Shown: one piece after another, positions 9,065 through 18,715 of the stretch
How the letters are laid out: each line of letters opens with the position of its first letter
How positions within the stretch are numbered: position 1 is the first letter of the stretch
Virus record (IMG/VR): IMGVR_UViG_3300033066_001269
Location: 3,426-67,425 of that record
Strand: one strand, 5' to 3'
Source of the DNA: a virus
Taxonomy: Duplodnaviria; Caudoviricetes
Length of the DNA: 64,000 bases
Translations under genes and position numbers: made by a program
Notes under the pieces: generated by a model
What the model was told of the DNA's origin: nothing
Database searches by the model: none
Seen by the model: only the letters and a program-made list of their open reading frames with translations

Positions 9065-9772
9065 GTGCTCAGGATGCTGGCGTACACGGTGCGCCAGGGG
9101 CATTCCATCTATGGACCCGTCGAATACGGCAACGCGCTCGTCCACCGCGCCAGGAATGAGGCGCTATCCGCCAATATCTCCCGCGGCAGCGATTTCTGTC
9201 TCTTTATCGACGATGACATGGTTCCGGAAGAAACCGCTCTGGAGAAACTCATCCAAAACAATGTGCCCGTGTGTTCAGCCCTCTGCACCACCCGCGTCCC
9301 TCCCGTGCGGTTCGCGGCGAGCGTCTGGAGCTCGGAAACCAACGAGTTTGGAGTCTTGGACCGAATCCGGCCCGACAAGCTCGTCAGCGGGCCATTCGCG
9401 GTTGGATTCGCGTTCCTCCTGATCCGCAAAGACGCGCTTTCCGCGCTACGGGAGTACTACCTCAGCGCGAAAGACTGGATCGAAGAGAACCGCCGAATGT
9501 TTGACCGGCTACGGGTCAAGGCGGAACTCCGGGAGCAGGAACGGAAACGCCGGGAAGAGATTCGGCGGGCGCGGTGGGAAACGGGGAAGCACCTCCGGGT
9601 GTTTGACTACCTCGTCGGGGATGACGAGTGGCAGTTGGGCGAGGACGTGGCGGTCAGTAAGCGCCTATTGCGGCTGGGATACGAGATCGCGATCGACCCG
9701 CGGGTGAAGGTAGGGCACTTGGGCGAGCACGCCTACGGGCCATGGGACCTCAATGAAGACTTCGCAAATTGA
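9065..9772 (+). CDS. Second GT-A fold glycosyltransferase-like protein
   Basis: HRARNEAL, DxD motif LFIDDDM, VGFAFLLIRK, GEDVAVSKRL, IDPRVKVGHLG. Confidence 0.75.
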   Translation: MLRMLAYTVRQGHSIYGPVEYGNALVHRARNEALSANISRGSDFCLFIDDDMVPEETALEKLIQNNVPVCSALCTTRVPPVRFAASVWSSETNEFGVLDRIRPDKLVSGPFAVGFAFLLIRKDALSALREYYLSAKDWIEENRRMFDRLRVKAELREQERKRREEIRRARWETGKHLRVFDYLVGDDEWQLGEDVAVSKRLLRLGYEIAIDPRVKVGHLGEHAYGPWDLNEDFAN

Positions 9773-10415
9773 AGACCTCGCATCGAGCGGCAACCTTCCG
9801 ACGGCCGACTTCAAGCCCGGGATGGTGCTCCGGCGCATGGTTATCCCGGAATTCTTCCTGGACCTGGAAAACCAGATCGGCCGAGTCCACTGGCTCCGCA
9901 AGACCTGGACGCAGGCGATCGTCGCGGGGACGGCGCAGTATGATATGCCGACCGACTTTCGGAAGTTTGAGACCATCCGGTTTTTCAAGTCTCCGGGAGG
10001 GGTGGAAGACCACGACCTTGAGTACATCGGGGAAGACCCGATTAAGGTGCTCACTGCTCTGGCGACGACGGCCGCGGCGAAGGCGACGGGCTACTGGTTG
10101 GAGCGAGGGACCGCGCCGGCGGAGTGGGCCATTCGACTCGGCGCCGTGCCCGACCAGGGCTACACGCTGTATGGGATCTATTACCGAAAGATTCCCTTCG
10201 AAGATGAAAGCCTGGATGTCGACCTAGACCCCTATATCCCATCCGACTACCAAGCCGGCCTGGTGAAGGGGCTCCGGCGGGAGATCGCCAAGGACCGGTT
10301 TGGCGCCGGGGATAAGCGGTACGCGATGGAAGCCGCCGAGTACCGCGATTGGGTCATGAAACTGGAGCGCACTAAAGAGGCTGGGCAACGTGTCCGGCCT
10401 GTTTTTGCTCGATGA
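9753..10415 (+). CDS. Head-tail adaptor / tail tubular protein A-like
   Basis: IVAGTAQYDMPTDF and LGAVPDQGYTL..IYY motifs; position after the head genes. Confidence 0.65.
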   Translation: MKTSQIEDLASSGNLPTADFKPGMVLRRMVIPEFFLDLENQIGRVHWLRKTWTQAIVAGTAQYDMPTDFRKFETIRFFKSPGGVEDHDLEYIGEDPIKVLTALATTAAAKATGYWLERGTAPAEWAIRLGAVPDQGYTLYGIYYRKIPFEDESLDVDLDPYIPSDYQAGLVKGLRREIAKDRFGAGDKRYAMEAAEYRDWVMKLERTKEAGQRVRPVFAR

Positions 10416-12475
10416 GCCAACAGAACAAAACGACTTACCTGCGGACGTTGGGCACGGTCGAGCTGTCCGGAAATGTGCTACGCCGGACGGCTGACTCGGC
10501 ATCTCTCTGCCATAACTTCCGGGTCATGCCGGGGCGCTGGCTGCGCACCTGGGGTGGGCGAAAAGCGCGTCTGTATCAGGCGTCGGGGGAGTGGCGGCAC
10601 TTCCATGAATACCGGGATCCGCAATACTCCGGCTGGCCCAACCACGTCGCCCAGCACTATTCGTCTGGACCGACCGTCAAATGGCAATGGCTCAGTCTGA
10701 ACAACTTCCTCGTCGTCGACATTGAGACGATCGACGGGACCTATGACGGGGGATGGTGCCAGTCCAACCGGGCGGCAATTTGCAACCTCCGGGACCGCAT
10801 CATCCTATACAACGGCAAGGGAGTCATCAGCGGGTCTGGCAGCGTTCCTCCGTTCTCCATGTACTTCCCGTCGAACGGTCTGCTGATGTATTGCGGGCTG
10901 CACGCCTACACGGCAGGATCAAGCGCGCCCCAGTTGGCTTACGCCTTTTCGGGCAGCGTCACGATTACAGCTAAGCGGAAGGTTTACGTTGGCCTCTACA
11001 ACGCATTCACGGGGCACTTCTCAAATGGAATCTATTGCGGAGAGATTCCGGCCTGCACGAACCGGCGCATTGATATCTCTCTCCTGACGAACATCAAGTA
11101 CGCCTATCACGACCTGATCGAGAAGGGCTATTTGCAATACGTGGTCTATGTCACCGAGGACGGCGGCGAAGTACCTTACCCGCTGATGGCGGACGCGATC
11201 ACTCCACTGGCTGTCTCCGTGACCGTGGATTCCATCTCGATCAACACCATTTCGGACATCTACGGTCCGTCGGTCAACTGGATCGACACCACCCGAGAGA
11301 TGCCCACGGTGAACAATTACCCGCCGCGGCCGATGCGCTGGCTGACGGCCGTGCAGGGGAGACTGTACGGATGCCTGCTCGCCGGCGGGTCTGGCCAAGC
11401 AGAAGACTTCACGTACGTTCCGAACATCCGCTTCCTGTCGGGCATCGTGTACTCGGTGATCGCCAGCGACATTACGGACCAGGGCTTCTTGGGCTCTCCG
11501 GAAGAGTCCTGGCCGCCGGACAACTTCAGCCCCTCTCCCAATGGCGAGATTCCGCTATGGGGCAGCCCGACGCCAGATGGATTCGCGCTCCTCGTCCAGA
11601 CCGCTACCCACACCTTCATCGTGGAAGAGGCAGCGGACAAGGTTCACGAGTGGGAGCAGATTTCGCCCATCCACGGGATCTCCCGCGGCGAAACCTGTGT
11701 AGACACCTCGTACGGGAAGGTATGGCTGACGCAGCGCAATGAAGTGGTTCTCCTGCCCAAAGGGTCTCGGGAACTGCAGGTGATCAGCGTTCCCTATCAG
11801 CCGCTCCTGGCGGGAAAGACGCCGCGGTTTGCAACGTACACCCTGGACCCGTTGAACGCGATTGACCGGGTGGAGTTTTACTTCACCGACGGGACGGGCG
11901 TCGTCCACGACTTCACCGCGGGCGGCGGGTACACGATTGACGGCGATTACACTTCCGGCGCCACCCTGACCCAAAGCGGGACGAATAAGACGTTCCACCT
12001 CCTCGCCAAGCAGCACATCTACTCCCAGGCGGGGCAGCCAGAAGACGGCCTGGAGCGGGTAGCGAACGAGGACTTCACCGATGCGCTGCATAGGGCGCTG
12101 ACGGGGATTAGCGGCTCCTGGCAGGGGCAATGGATGCTGTTCGAGGAGTCGCAGCGACGCACAGAGTTACCGTTCCTCTCAGCCATTGGCGATATCGAGA
12201 ACCTTTCGCTCAAGATTGCCTCGAACTTTGACTTACTCCCCGACGGTTTTCGGGCAGCGGACAAGTCGCCCCATCCACAACTTCCGTCGTCCGTGATCTT
12301 CCGGGTGAGCGCACGGTTCCAGAACGCCTTCAAGCTGTGGCTGCAGCTTCAGGGGCGGACGGACTACGCCACGCACCTGACCGCGCTCGACTTCGGCGGC
12401 GAGGTAAAGGAGCGGAAGTTCTTAGGGTCCATCCTGGAGGCGGGCATGGATGCCTCGGCAGGTGATCAAAAATGA
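10412..12475 (+). CDS. Tail nozzle / tail tubular protein B-like (beta-propeller)
   Basis: 687 aa, beta-rich, follows the adaptor as in podoviruses. Confidence 0.6.
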   Translation: MSQQNKTTYLRTLGTVELSGNVLRRTADSASLCHNFRVMPGRWLRTWGGRKARLYQASGEWRHFHEYRDPQYSGWPNHVAQHYSSGPTVKWQWLSLNNFLVVDIETIDGTYDGGWCQSNRAAICNLRDRIILYNGKGVISGSGSVPPFSMYFPSNGLLMYCGLHAYTAGSSAPQLAYAFSGSVTITAKRKVYVGLYNAFTGHFSNGIYCGEIPACTNRRIDISLLTNIKYAYHDLIEKGYLQYVVYVTEDGGEVPYPLMADAITPLAVSVTVDSISINTISDIYGPSVNWIDTTREMPTVNNYPPRPMRWLTAVQGRLYGCLLAGGSGQAEDFTYVPNIRFLSGIVYSVIASDITDQGFLGSPEESWPPDNFSPSPNGEIPLWGSPTPDGFALLVQTATHTFIVEEAADKVHEWEQISPIHGISRGETCVDTSYGKVWLTQRNEVVLLPKGSRELQVISVPYQPLLAGKTPRFATYTLDPLNAIDRVEFYFTDGTGVVHDFTAGGGYTIDGDYTSGATLTQSGTNKTFHLLAKQHIYSQAGQPEDGLERVANEDFTDALHRALTGISGSWQGQWMLFEESQRRTELPFLSAIGDIENLSLKIASNFDLLPDGFRAADKSPHPQLPSSVIFRVSARFQNAFKLWLQLQGRTDYATHLTALDFGGEVKERKFLGSILEAGMDASAGDQK

Positions 12476-12825
12476 GCGATCGCCTGGAAAAACGTTCGCT
12501 CAACCGGTCCGTCCGGTTCTCGCGGATTCGCCCGCAACCCCCGCGGCAAGTCGCAGTTACTACGACGATGGTCACCTGGAAGCCGCCGGCTGACCTGACC
12601 AACATTACCCATTTCCGCATCTATGCCAACGGGAATGCGGACACGAACCTTGCGCGCGAGGTTTCGGTAGGACAAAACGAAGTAGACCTGGTTGCTCAAT
12701 CCGCCTGGGTGAGCAGTTACAGCCTTACCGGGCAATCGGAGAGCGTTCGCGTCCGCGCGTCCGCCGCCGAGGACCTATCCCAGAACTCTGACACTAATCA
12801 GGGGATTATCGCCTACTATGCCTAA
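12472..12825 (+). CDS. Small tail protein with an FN3-like motif
   Basis: PQPPRQV...VTWKPPADLTNITHFRIY. Confidence 0.5.
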   Translation: MSDRLEKRSLNRSVRFSRIRPQPPRQVAVTTTMVTWKPPADLTNITHFRIYANGNADTNLAREVSVGQNEVDLVAQSAWVSSYSLTGQSESVRVRASAAEDLSQNSDTNQGIIAYYA

Positions 12826-15800
12826 CTATTCGACCGCCATTAAGCGGAAGAACTGGGAGAAGCATGGGGAAATCCCGTCCGTGAAGGACTTCGGCGCCCT
12901 GGGGGACACGAAGGTCCGGACCGACGGAAGCATGACGTCTGGGACAGCCATCTTGACCACCAGCGGGGGAAGCCCCTTCTCGGCGGTAGATGTCGGGAAA
13001 ACGATCTGTGTGAACGGGGCGGGGGCCAGCGGGCTCCGGCTGGACGGGGCGACGATCGTGGAGGTACTGGCGAACAATCAAATCCGGATCTCGGTGAACG
13101 CTTCTACCTCGGTTTCGAACACGAAGTTCACCTTCGGCACGCCGGACCATGCGGCATTCCAGAAAGCCGTCGACAACGCGCCCAACGGGATTCTCCGCTT
13201 CCCGCGGCCGTCGCCTGGGTGCTCCTACTGGGTGCGTGCCCGCATCAACGTTACTCAGCCGATCGAGTGCATCGGGAATGAGCCCAAGATTCTTTTTGAC
13301 TTCCCGCTTTCCGCCAGCACTGCGAACGGGATGGTCTTCTACGTCACGAGCAGCAACGTCTACTTCCGGGGCCTCTGGTTCTCGCAAGACAATCTACCTC
13401 CGCTGATGTGTTACACCACGCGGCGGGCGTTCCTGTTCTCGGGCACGTCCCTCGCGCCCTTAGAGAACGTTGGATTTACGGACTGCCGGATCACGGATTT
13501 CACGCAGTATTCTTTGACGGATTCATTGACGGACCCCACTCCGCAAACGGTCTTGCCGTTCACGAAGGCATGGGCGATGGGCGGGGAGTTCCAGTGGTGC
13601 AATAACGTCTACGTCGAGAACAACCGGCTCAGTAAATCGACGGGGTACCTGTCGTTCTTCGATAGCTGCACTTACGTCGACGTGTGCGGGAACAAGGTCG
13701 ACAACACCATGACCGCCAGCGTCACGTTCAACGCGGCTTGCTATAACGTCCTGGTCGCGGACAACCGGTTCACGGGGACGGGGTACATCGGCGGGGTGCG
13801 CTCCTATTGGGGCGGGGTGATCGACTCGATTTCCCAGCACGCGGCGAACCAAGATCCGAACGCCTACTTTATCGTCCGAAACAATTTCATCAGCGGACGT
13901 TTCATGTACGGCGCTGCCATCCGGTTCGGCTCCATCAAAGGGCTGATCGTGACCGGGAACGTCTGCCGGGACCTAAATGGGGTCAGCACATCCAGCACTC
14001 CATCTACGTTCAACATCATTCTGCCTTATGCCGCGGCTGGAACGCCGGTCTACTTCGTCGAGGACACTTGGTCTGGCGTGGCGGTCTCCATCCGCGCGAC
14101 GGTGGATACGGCGAACCTGGCAAAGCGCGGCGTCAGCAACCTGGTCATCTCCGACAACGAGTTCACGCCGGTCCCTGGTTCCAAGATGGGAGTCGGCGTC
14201 TACCTGAACAACATCGACCCGACCAGTCCGGCCACGATCCCGACGGGCGGGGATGTGATCATCCGCGGCAACCGGATGCGCGGATCCTCCGATGGATCGT
14301 TCTACTGGCAGAACGGAGTGGTGGTCCACGGGAACAACTCCGGGTTCAACGGCGTGGTGATCTCGCAGAACATCATGACCTGTGGGCCCACCCAGTTACT
14401 CGCCGGCGCGATCTGCGTGGTGAGCGGCAGCGCGTCGCGGCTTCTCCTGGACTGCACTATCACTGAGAATATCGTCAAGTTCCAGGAGGGATTAGGGACG
14501 GCGACGGGAGACGCGGTGGGCATCCAAATCCACCAGTACGCCGACCGGGTGGTGTGCCGGGGTAACTACGTCAAGGAGATGTTCTGGGGCATCCTGTTGA
14601 GCGCGGATGCCGGCGAGGACGTCTATGACTTAGACGACAACCGCATCGTCGGGTCAGTCAATCTGGACATCGCCCTTGGCGGGACGAGGCGGCAATACAA
14701 GCGCGCGGTTCGCTACTCCGATAGCCACAACGGAGGGGTGAAACTGTTCCCCGGAGAATTCTCCGGGATTGACTCCTCGTACCTTGAGTTAGGCGTGCGG
14801 GAGTCAGGGAGTTCCGGTTCAGCGCGCGTGGCTCGGCTTCACAACAACGTCGTACCCGGTTGGATGAGCCTGGTGTGGACAGATGGATCTGGCTTCACGC
14901 CGATCAATACGACGGCGATGTTCAAGTTCGATGGGAACTTCCGGCTGATCGCTGCGGAGACCATGGGCTCGGACGTCTCACAGATCCAGTTCTGGGGCAG
15001 GCCGACCAGCTTCAATGCGATATCCCGTAACTTCGCAATCCGCAAGTCGTATACCTCTCCCGCTCAGTTAGACGTTACTGCTTCGGACGGTCCGGATACC
15101 GATCCCGAGGAAGGGCTGATCATGGTTGGCCTCCGCCGCAACGGGGCGAGCTTCTACCGAGCCGATGCGGCGCCGCAAGCCCGCGTTCACATCGGCGGCA
15201 GCCTCGACGGTGCGGCGGAAACCGGCCCGCTGAAACTGGATCCAGGGGTATTGCTCGGCACGCCCGAAGTCGGCACTTTCGAGCACGCTCTGGGGTCTCC
15301 GAATAGCAAATTGTTCTTCACCGTACTCCGCGCCGACGGGCTTGCCAAGTACCGGTACGAAATCCCGCTGGGCCCGCAGATGTACACCGCCAACCGCAAT
15401 CTCCAGACGGATGGGGATGGACTTCTGGTAGCGGGCCAACTCCCCTTGGGAGATCCCAACTTCACCAGCGTTGCGGGGCTGGGGACGCTTCCGCTTCGCT
15501 CTGACGGGACCAAGGTAGTCGGCGGGGCGATCAAACTGTACGACGCTTCCGACGTGGATACCCCGTTCGGGTCCGACGATCGCGTGGCCGTATTCATCTC
15601 CGGGGCGCTGGCGGCTCCGTACTCTTCGAGCGAGCTGATGAACGTGCTGATCGCGGCTATGGATGGGACCGGCGCCAACACTATCGCGGGCCGAGTTTCC
15701 ACCACCGTGTTCGAGAACACGAAGCTCGACCAGAAGAACTACACGGTCGCCAACTTCCCGTGGAGCACGGCGACGATTGAGATTCAAAGCCGCCTCGATA

Positions 15801-15997
15801 TCCCCACTTTGGCCGCCGCCGTCCAAGCCGAACTCGATTACAGCGCCATCGCGACCGCTTTGTCCAGTTACTTCGCGGCGCCCGACCACACGCATCCATA
15901 TGACGACGCTTCCGGCGGGACAGTGACGGTCGACGGAACCGACTACGCCGTGACCGGCGGCGCCGACACGGGCAGAACCACAGGACCTCCAAGCTAA
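12818..15997 (+). CDS. Tailspike / depolymerase with a right-handed beta-helix (pectate lyase 3-like)
   Basis: SVKDFGALGD, AFQKAVD, many GN/NN beta-helix ladders; 1059 aa; no signal peptide. Confidence 0.8.
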   Translation: MPNYSTAIKRKNWEKHGEIPSVKDFGALGDTKVRTDGSMTSGTAILTTSGGSPFSAVDVGKTICVNGAGASGLRLDGATIVEVLANNQIRISVNASTSVSNTKFTFGTPDHAAFQKAVDNAPNGILRFPRPSPGCSYWVRARINVTQPIECIGNEPKILFDFPLSASTANGMVFYVTSSNVYFRGLWFSQDNLPPLMCYTTRRAFLFSGTSLAPLENVGFTDCRITDFTQYSLTDSLTDPTPQTVLPFTKAWAMGGEFQWCNNVYVENNRLSKSTGYLSFFDSCTYVDVCGNKVDNTMTASVTFNAACYNVLVADNRFTGTGYIGGVRSYWGGVIDSISQHAANQDPNAYFIVRNNFISGRFMYGAAIRFGSIKGLIVTGNVCRDLNGVSTSSTPSTFNIILPYAAAGTPVYFVEDTWSGVAVSIRATVDTANLAKRGVSNLVISDNEFTPVPGSKMGVGVYLNNIDPTSPATIPTGGDVIIRGNRMRGSSDGSFYWQNGVVVHGNNSGFNGVVISQNIMTCGPTQLLAGAICVVSGSASRLLLDCTITENIVKFQEGLGTATGDAVGIQIHQYADRVVCRGNYVKEMFWGILLSADAGEDVYDLDDNRIVGSVNLDIALGGTRRQYKRAVRYSDSHNGGVKLFPGEFSGIDSSYLELGVRESGSSGSARVARLHNNVVPGWMSLVWTDGSGFTPINTTAMFKFDGNFRLIAAETMGSDVSQIQFWGRPTSFNAISRNFAIRKSYTSPAQLDVTASDGPDTDPEEGLIMVGLRRNGASFYRADAAPQARVHIGGSLDGAAETGPLKLDPGVLLGTPEVGTFEHALGSPNSKLFFTVLRADGLAKYRYEIPLGPQMYTANRNLQTDGDGLLVAGQLPLGDPNFTSVAGLGTLPLRSDGTKVVGGAIKLYDASDVDTPFGSDDRVAVFISGALAAPYSSSELMNVLIAAMDGTGANTIAGRVSTTVFENTKLDQKNYTVANFPWSTATIEIQSRLDIPTLAAAVQAELDYSAIATALSSYFAAPDHTHPYDDASGGTVTVDGTDYAVTGGADTGRTTGPPS

Positions 15998-16200
15998 TGC
16001 TTACCTCCACTGAACAATGCCTCATCAGCGCCCTCCGCAACCTGGACCAGGTCAGCGCGGAACTTGCGGACCTCAAGCAGAAGATAGCGCGACTCGGGGA
16101 GCGTCCCGCCGCGGCCGCTCCGGCGGCTAAGAGGGGCCGTCCGCTCCGTGTCGGACGGGTAGATTCCATCGCCAAACCGGCGGCAGAGCCGGAATCCTAG
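15997..16200 (+). CDS. Small coiled-coil protein, possible tailspike chaperone
   Basis: 67 aa, overlaps the tailspike stop. Confidence 0.5.
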   Translation: MLTSTEQCLISALRNLDQVSAELADLKQKIARLGERPAAAAPAAKRGRPLRVGRVDSIAKPAAEPES

Positions 16201-16203
16201 AAA

Positions 16204-17004
16204 ATGAAACTGAAGCTATTGATTGGCGCTCTGCTCTGCGGGGCGGCGTGGGCGCAGTTGCCGCAGGGGGTGGTGCAGGGGCAGCGGACGACATTTTCCC
16301 CGACCGCCGACAGCACCACGGCCATCCAGTTCAACAAAGCGGACGGCACCACCAACGTGCTGACGGTGGACACAACGAACTCGCGGTTGGGGATTGGGAC
16401 GGCGAGTCCGGGAGCACTGCTTGACGTTAATGGGGTCAGTTACTTCCGTTCGACTATCAGCCTGAACAACATCGCGTCGTTCAGCGGAAATGACATTGCA
16501 TTCCTAAACGGTGGGAAGGTGACAATGGCGGCATCTTCCGTCGGCATCGGACCCTCCAACACCTCTCCCACCGGCACTCTCCACGTCTACGACGCCACGG
16601 CGAGTACGGGGGTGACGAAGGTCACGGTGCGCGCGGGCGCGGGGCAGTCAACCACCAACCTGCAAGAGTGGCAGAATAACGCGGGGACAGTACAAGCGTC
16701 AATTTCTGCTGGAGGTTCGTACTTTGTTAACGGCGGCGCTTTGTACAATGGCAAAGTTGCTATTGGATATAACACAAGCGCGGAGCTGGTTTCAACATCA
16801 GACTCCTCTATCAAATGGGTCAGTACAACTAACCTTACAAATTCTTATGACCTCGGCCTAGCCCGCAACGCCGCTGGGGTGCTCCGCGTAACTGACGGCA
16901 GCACTGGCACCGCCATCATCGTCACCAAGTTGCCAACCTCTTGCTCTGGATTGGTTACCGGGACCTTGTACAACAATTCCGGAACTGCCGCATTTTGCCC
17001 ATAG
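16204..17004 (+). CDS. Tail-fibre-like beta protein with a Sec signal peptide
   Basis: MKLKLLIGALLCGAAWA|Q; fibre motifs RLGIGTASPGALLDV, NLQEWQN, DLGLARNAAGVL; terminal Cys pair. Confidence 0.65.
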   Translation: MKLKLLIGALLCGAAWAQLPQGVVQGQRTTFSPTADSTTAIQFNKADGTTNVLTVDTTNSRLGIGTASPGALLDVNGVSYFRSTISLNNIASFSGNDIAFLNGGKVTMAASSVGIGPSNTSPTGTLHVYDATASTGVTKVTVRAGAGQSTTNLQEWQNNAGTVQASISAGGSYFVNGGALYNGKVAIGYNTSAELVSTSDSSIKWVSTTNLTNSYDLGLARNAAGVLRVTDGSTGTAIIVTKLPTSCSGLVTGTLYNNSGTAAFCP

Positions 17005-17026
17005 GCTGCCGCATTTTGCCCATAGG
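16985..17026. repeat. Perfect 21-bp tandem duplication CTGCCGCATTTTGCCCATAGG x2
   Basis: Copies at 16985-17005 and 17006-17026, read directly. Confidence 0.95.
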
Positions 17027-17035
17027 AGGATTTTT

Positions 17036-17542
17036 ATGACTCGACTAATTTGTCTCTTTCTCGTGAGCCTCGCCGCATTCGGCCAGGCGCTCCCATCTTG
17101 CACTAGCGATTCCGTCAGCGTGACCGACATGGCGGCGGGCAAGTGCTCCTGCCCTGCGGCGCAACCCGGCGTGCAAACCACGGCCACCTTCGTATGGACA
17201 GGTGGGCAAGGACAGTTCACCATCCCCGTCAACGCTAGCGGAGTCTTTAATTGGTTCTCCAGCAAGCAGTGCCACAAGTACGGCATCTTCTGGTCGCTGG
17301 ACCAAGACGGCAAGCCCGTCCCGGTAGCCAAGCTCCCGCAACCCCAGTGGGCACTCAACATGTTTTCGATGCACTTCCAAGAGTCGCTGATTAAGCCGCT
17401 CAACGCGCTCTGCAAAGAGGACGACTCCTGTAAATCAAACCTACCTGACTTAGCGACGGCAGCAGAGCAGAAGAAAGCAGCGGAAGCGGCGGAAGCGGCC
17501 AAGGCGGCGCAGGCGGCAGCGGAGGCGCTACAGCCCAAATGA
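17036..17542 (+). CDS. Secreted Cys-rich hypothetical protein
   Basis: Signal peptide MTRLICLFLVSLAAFG|Q; six Cys in the mature part; SD AGGAGG. Confidence 0.7.
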   Translation: MTRLICLFLVSLAAFGQALPSCTSDSVSVTDMAAGKCSCPAAQPGVQTTATFVWTGGQGQFTIPVNASGVFNWFSSKQCHKYGIFWSLDQDGKPVPVAKLPQPQWALNMFSMHFQESLIKPLNALCKEDDSCKSNLPDLATAAEQKKAAEAAEAAKAAQAAAEALQPK

Positions 17543-17865
17543 AACACCTAATTTTATTCATTCTCCTGGCGTCGATCGCTTTCGGCGAAGAGAAGCCGCC
17601 CACCAAAGAAGTAAAAGGCGAAGCGGCGCTCACCGTCCTCATGCTGCACTACCAGGCGGCTCCGCTTAGGGCGGAACTGGACCGCACGGCTCCGCTTAGG
17701 GCGGAACTGGACCGCCTCAACGCGGAGATGAAAGACGCGATCGACGTGGTTTGCAAGAAGTCTAATGCTGGGCCCAATTGCCGCATCGCCACGGCGGACC
17801 CAAGGACCCGAACAGTCACTATCACCTGGGATTCTCCCAAAGGAAAGGATACCACCCCCAAATGA
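17539..17865 (+). CDS. Secreted small coiled-coil protein with a Cys pair (paralog of 33319-33633)
   Basis: MKHLILFILLASIAFG|EE; C-terminal VCKKSNAGPNCRI...TITW. Confidence 0.7.
   Translation: MKHLILFILLASIAFGEEKPPTKEVKGEAALTVLMLHYQAAPLRAELDRTAPLRAELDRLNAEMKDAIDVVCKKSNAGPNCRIATADPRTRTVTITWDSPKGKDTTPK
17657..17715. repeat. In-frame tandem repeat, period 30 bp (APLRAELDR twice)
   Basis: CGGCTCCGCTTAGGGCGGAACTGGACCGC at 17657-17685 and 17687-17715. Confidence 0.9.
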
Positions 17866-18488
17866 TGCTTCGCATCCTTGCCGCACTTTCCCTGTTCGCC
17901 GTCATGGCGAGCGCAACCGAATACCGTTACGTCATCACCGGGAACGACGGCGACGATCAAGACGAAATCCTGATCGTGGACACCGAGTCCCCCGACTTCC
18001 GCGCCCGCGTAGATTGGATCAGCGAGCGGGCCGGCCTGGTCTCGCCGCGGAAGGCGCGGGACTACATGAACCACGCGCCGGCCGTGGCCAATGCGAATCC
18101 GCTGCCCGGTACCGACGTTCCCTTGATCTGGGGACAGATGTGCTGGCAGAAGGAAGGCAAGGAGGCATGTGTCGACGTGCAGCGCATCGCCACCGGCGAC
18201 TACGGACCGATGCACGCGCTGGCGTGGCTGAATCTGTCGTTAGGGCTAGGGAAGGACCAGGACGCAATCTCCCACCTGCGCTATACTCCTCCGAAGCCTC
18301 CAGAGGCGGCAAAGGATTGTCAGGCTCCGGGGGCTCCGCTCACCTGCGATGAGATCCGCGCAGGTACATTCTCGACCGCGAACTCCGGCAAGAAGGTGGG
18401 CGATACTTGGACGGGGCCGAGCGGCGCGACTTACAAACTCACGAACATCGGAGGATTCTTCTACTACGGGGCGTGGGTGAGGCAGTAA
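17862..18488 (+). CDS. Secreted hypothetical protein with Cys pairs
   Basis: Likely start ATG 17862 overlapping the upstream stop; MMLRILAALSLFAVMASA|TE; two Cys pairs. Confidence 0.65.
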   Translation: MMLRILAALSLFAVMASATEYRYVITGNDGDDQDEILIVDTESPDFRARVDWISERAGLVSPRKARDYMNHAPAVANANPLPGTDVPLIWGQMCWQKEGKEACVDVQRIATGDYGPMHALAWLNLSLGLGKDQDAISHLRYTPPKPPEAAKDCQAPGAPLTCDEIRAGTFSTANSGKKVGDTWTGPSGATYKLTNIGGFFYYGAWVRQ

Positions 18489-18715
18489 TGGACCCCGTTC
18501 AGATCACACTCGCCCTGGAGACCGCCAAAGCGGGGTTCGAGTTCGGTACCGAGGTCATGAAGTTCCTCGCCACCGAGCAGGGGCAGAAGGTGGTGGAGAA
18601 GTCACTGGCGGACCGCGCCGAATGGGACCAGCGGTGGGCCAAATTCGGGAAGCAAATCGAGGATGCTTTTGCCGCTCTCGGTCACGCCGTCCAGCAGATG
18701 GGAGCGGCGAAGTGA
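18488..18715 (+). CDS. Hypothetical 75-aa helical protein
   Basis: ATG at 18488 overlapping the upstream TAA. Confidence 0.6.
   Translation: MDPVQITLALETAKAGFEFGTEVMKFLATEQGQKVVEKSLADRAEWDQRWAKFGKQIEDAFAALGHAVQQMGAAK

Noticed and set aside
16985-17715. CRISPR mini-array
   Set aside because: Each repeat occurs only twice, in direct tandem, with no unique spacers; no cas genes
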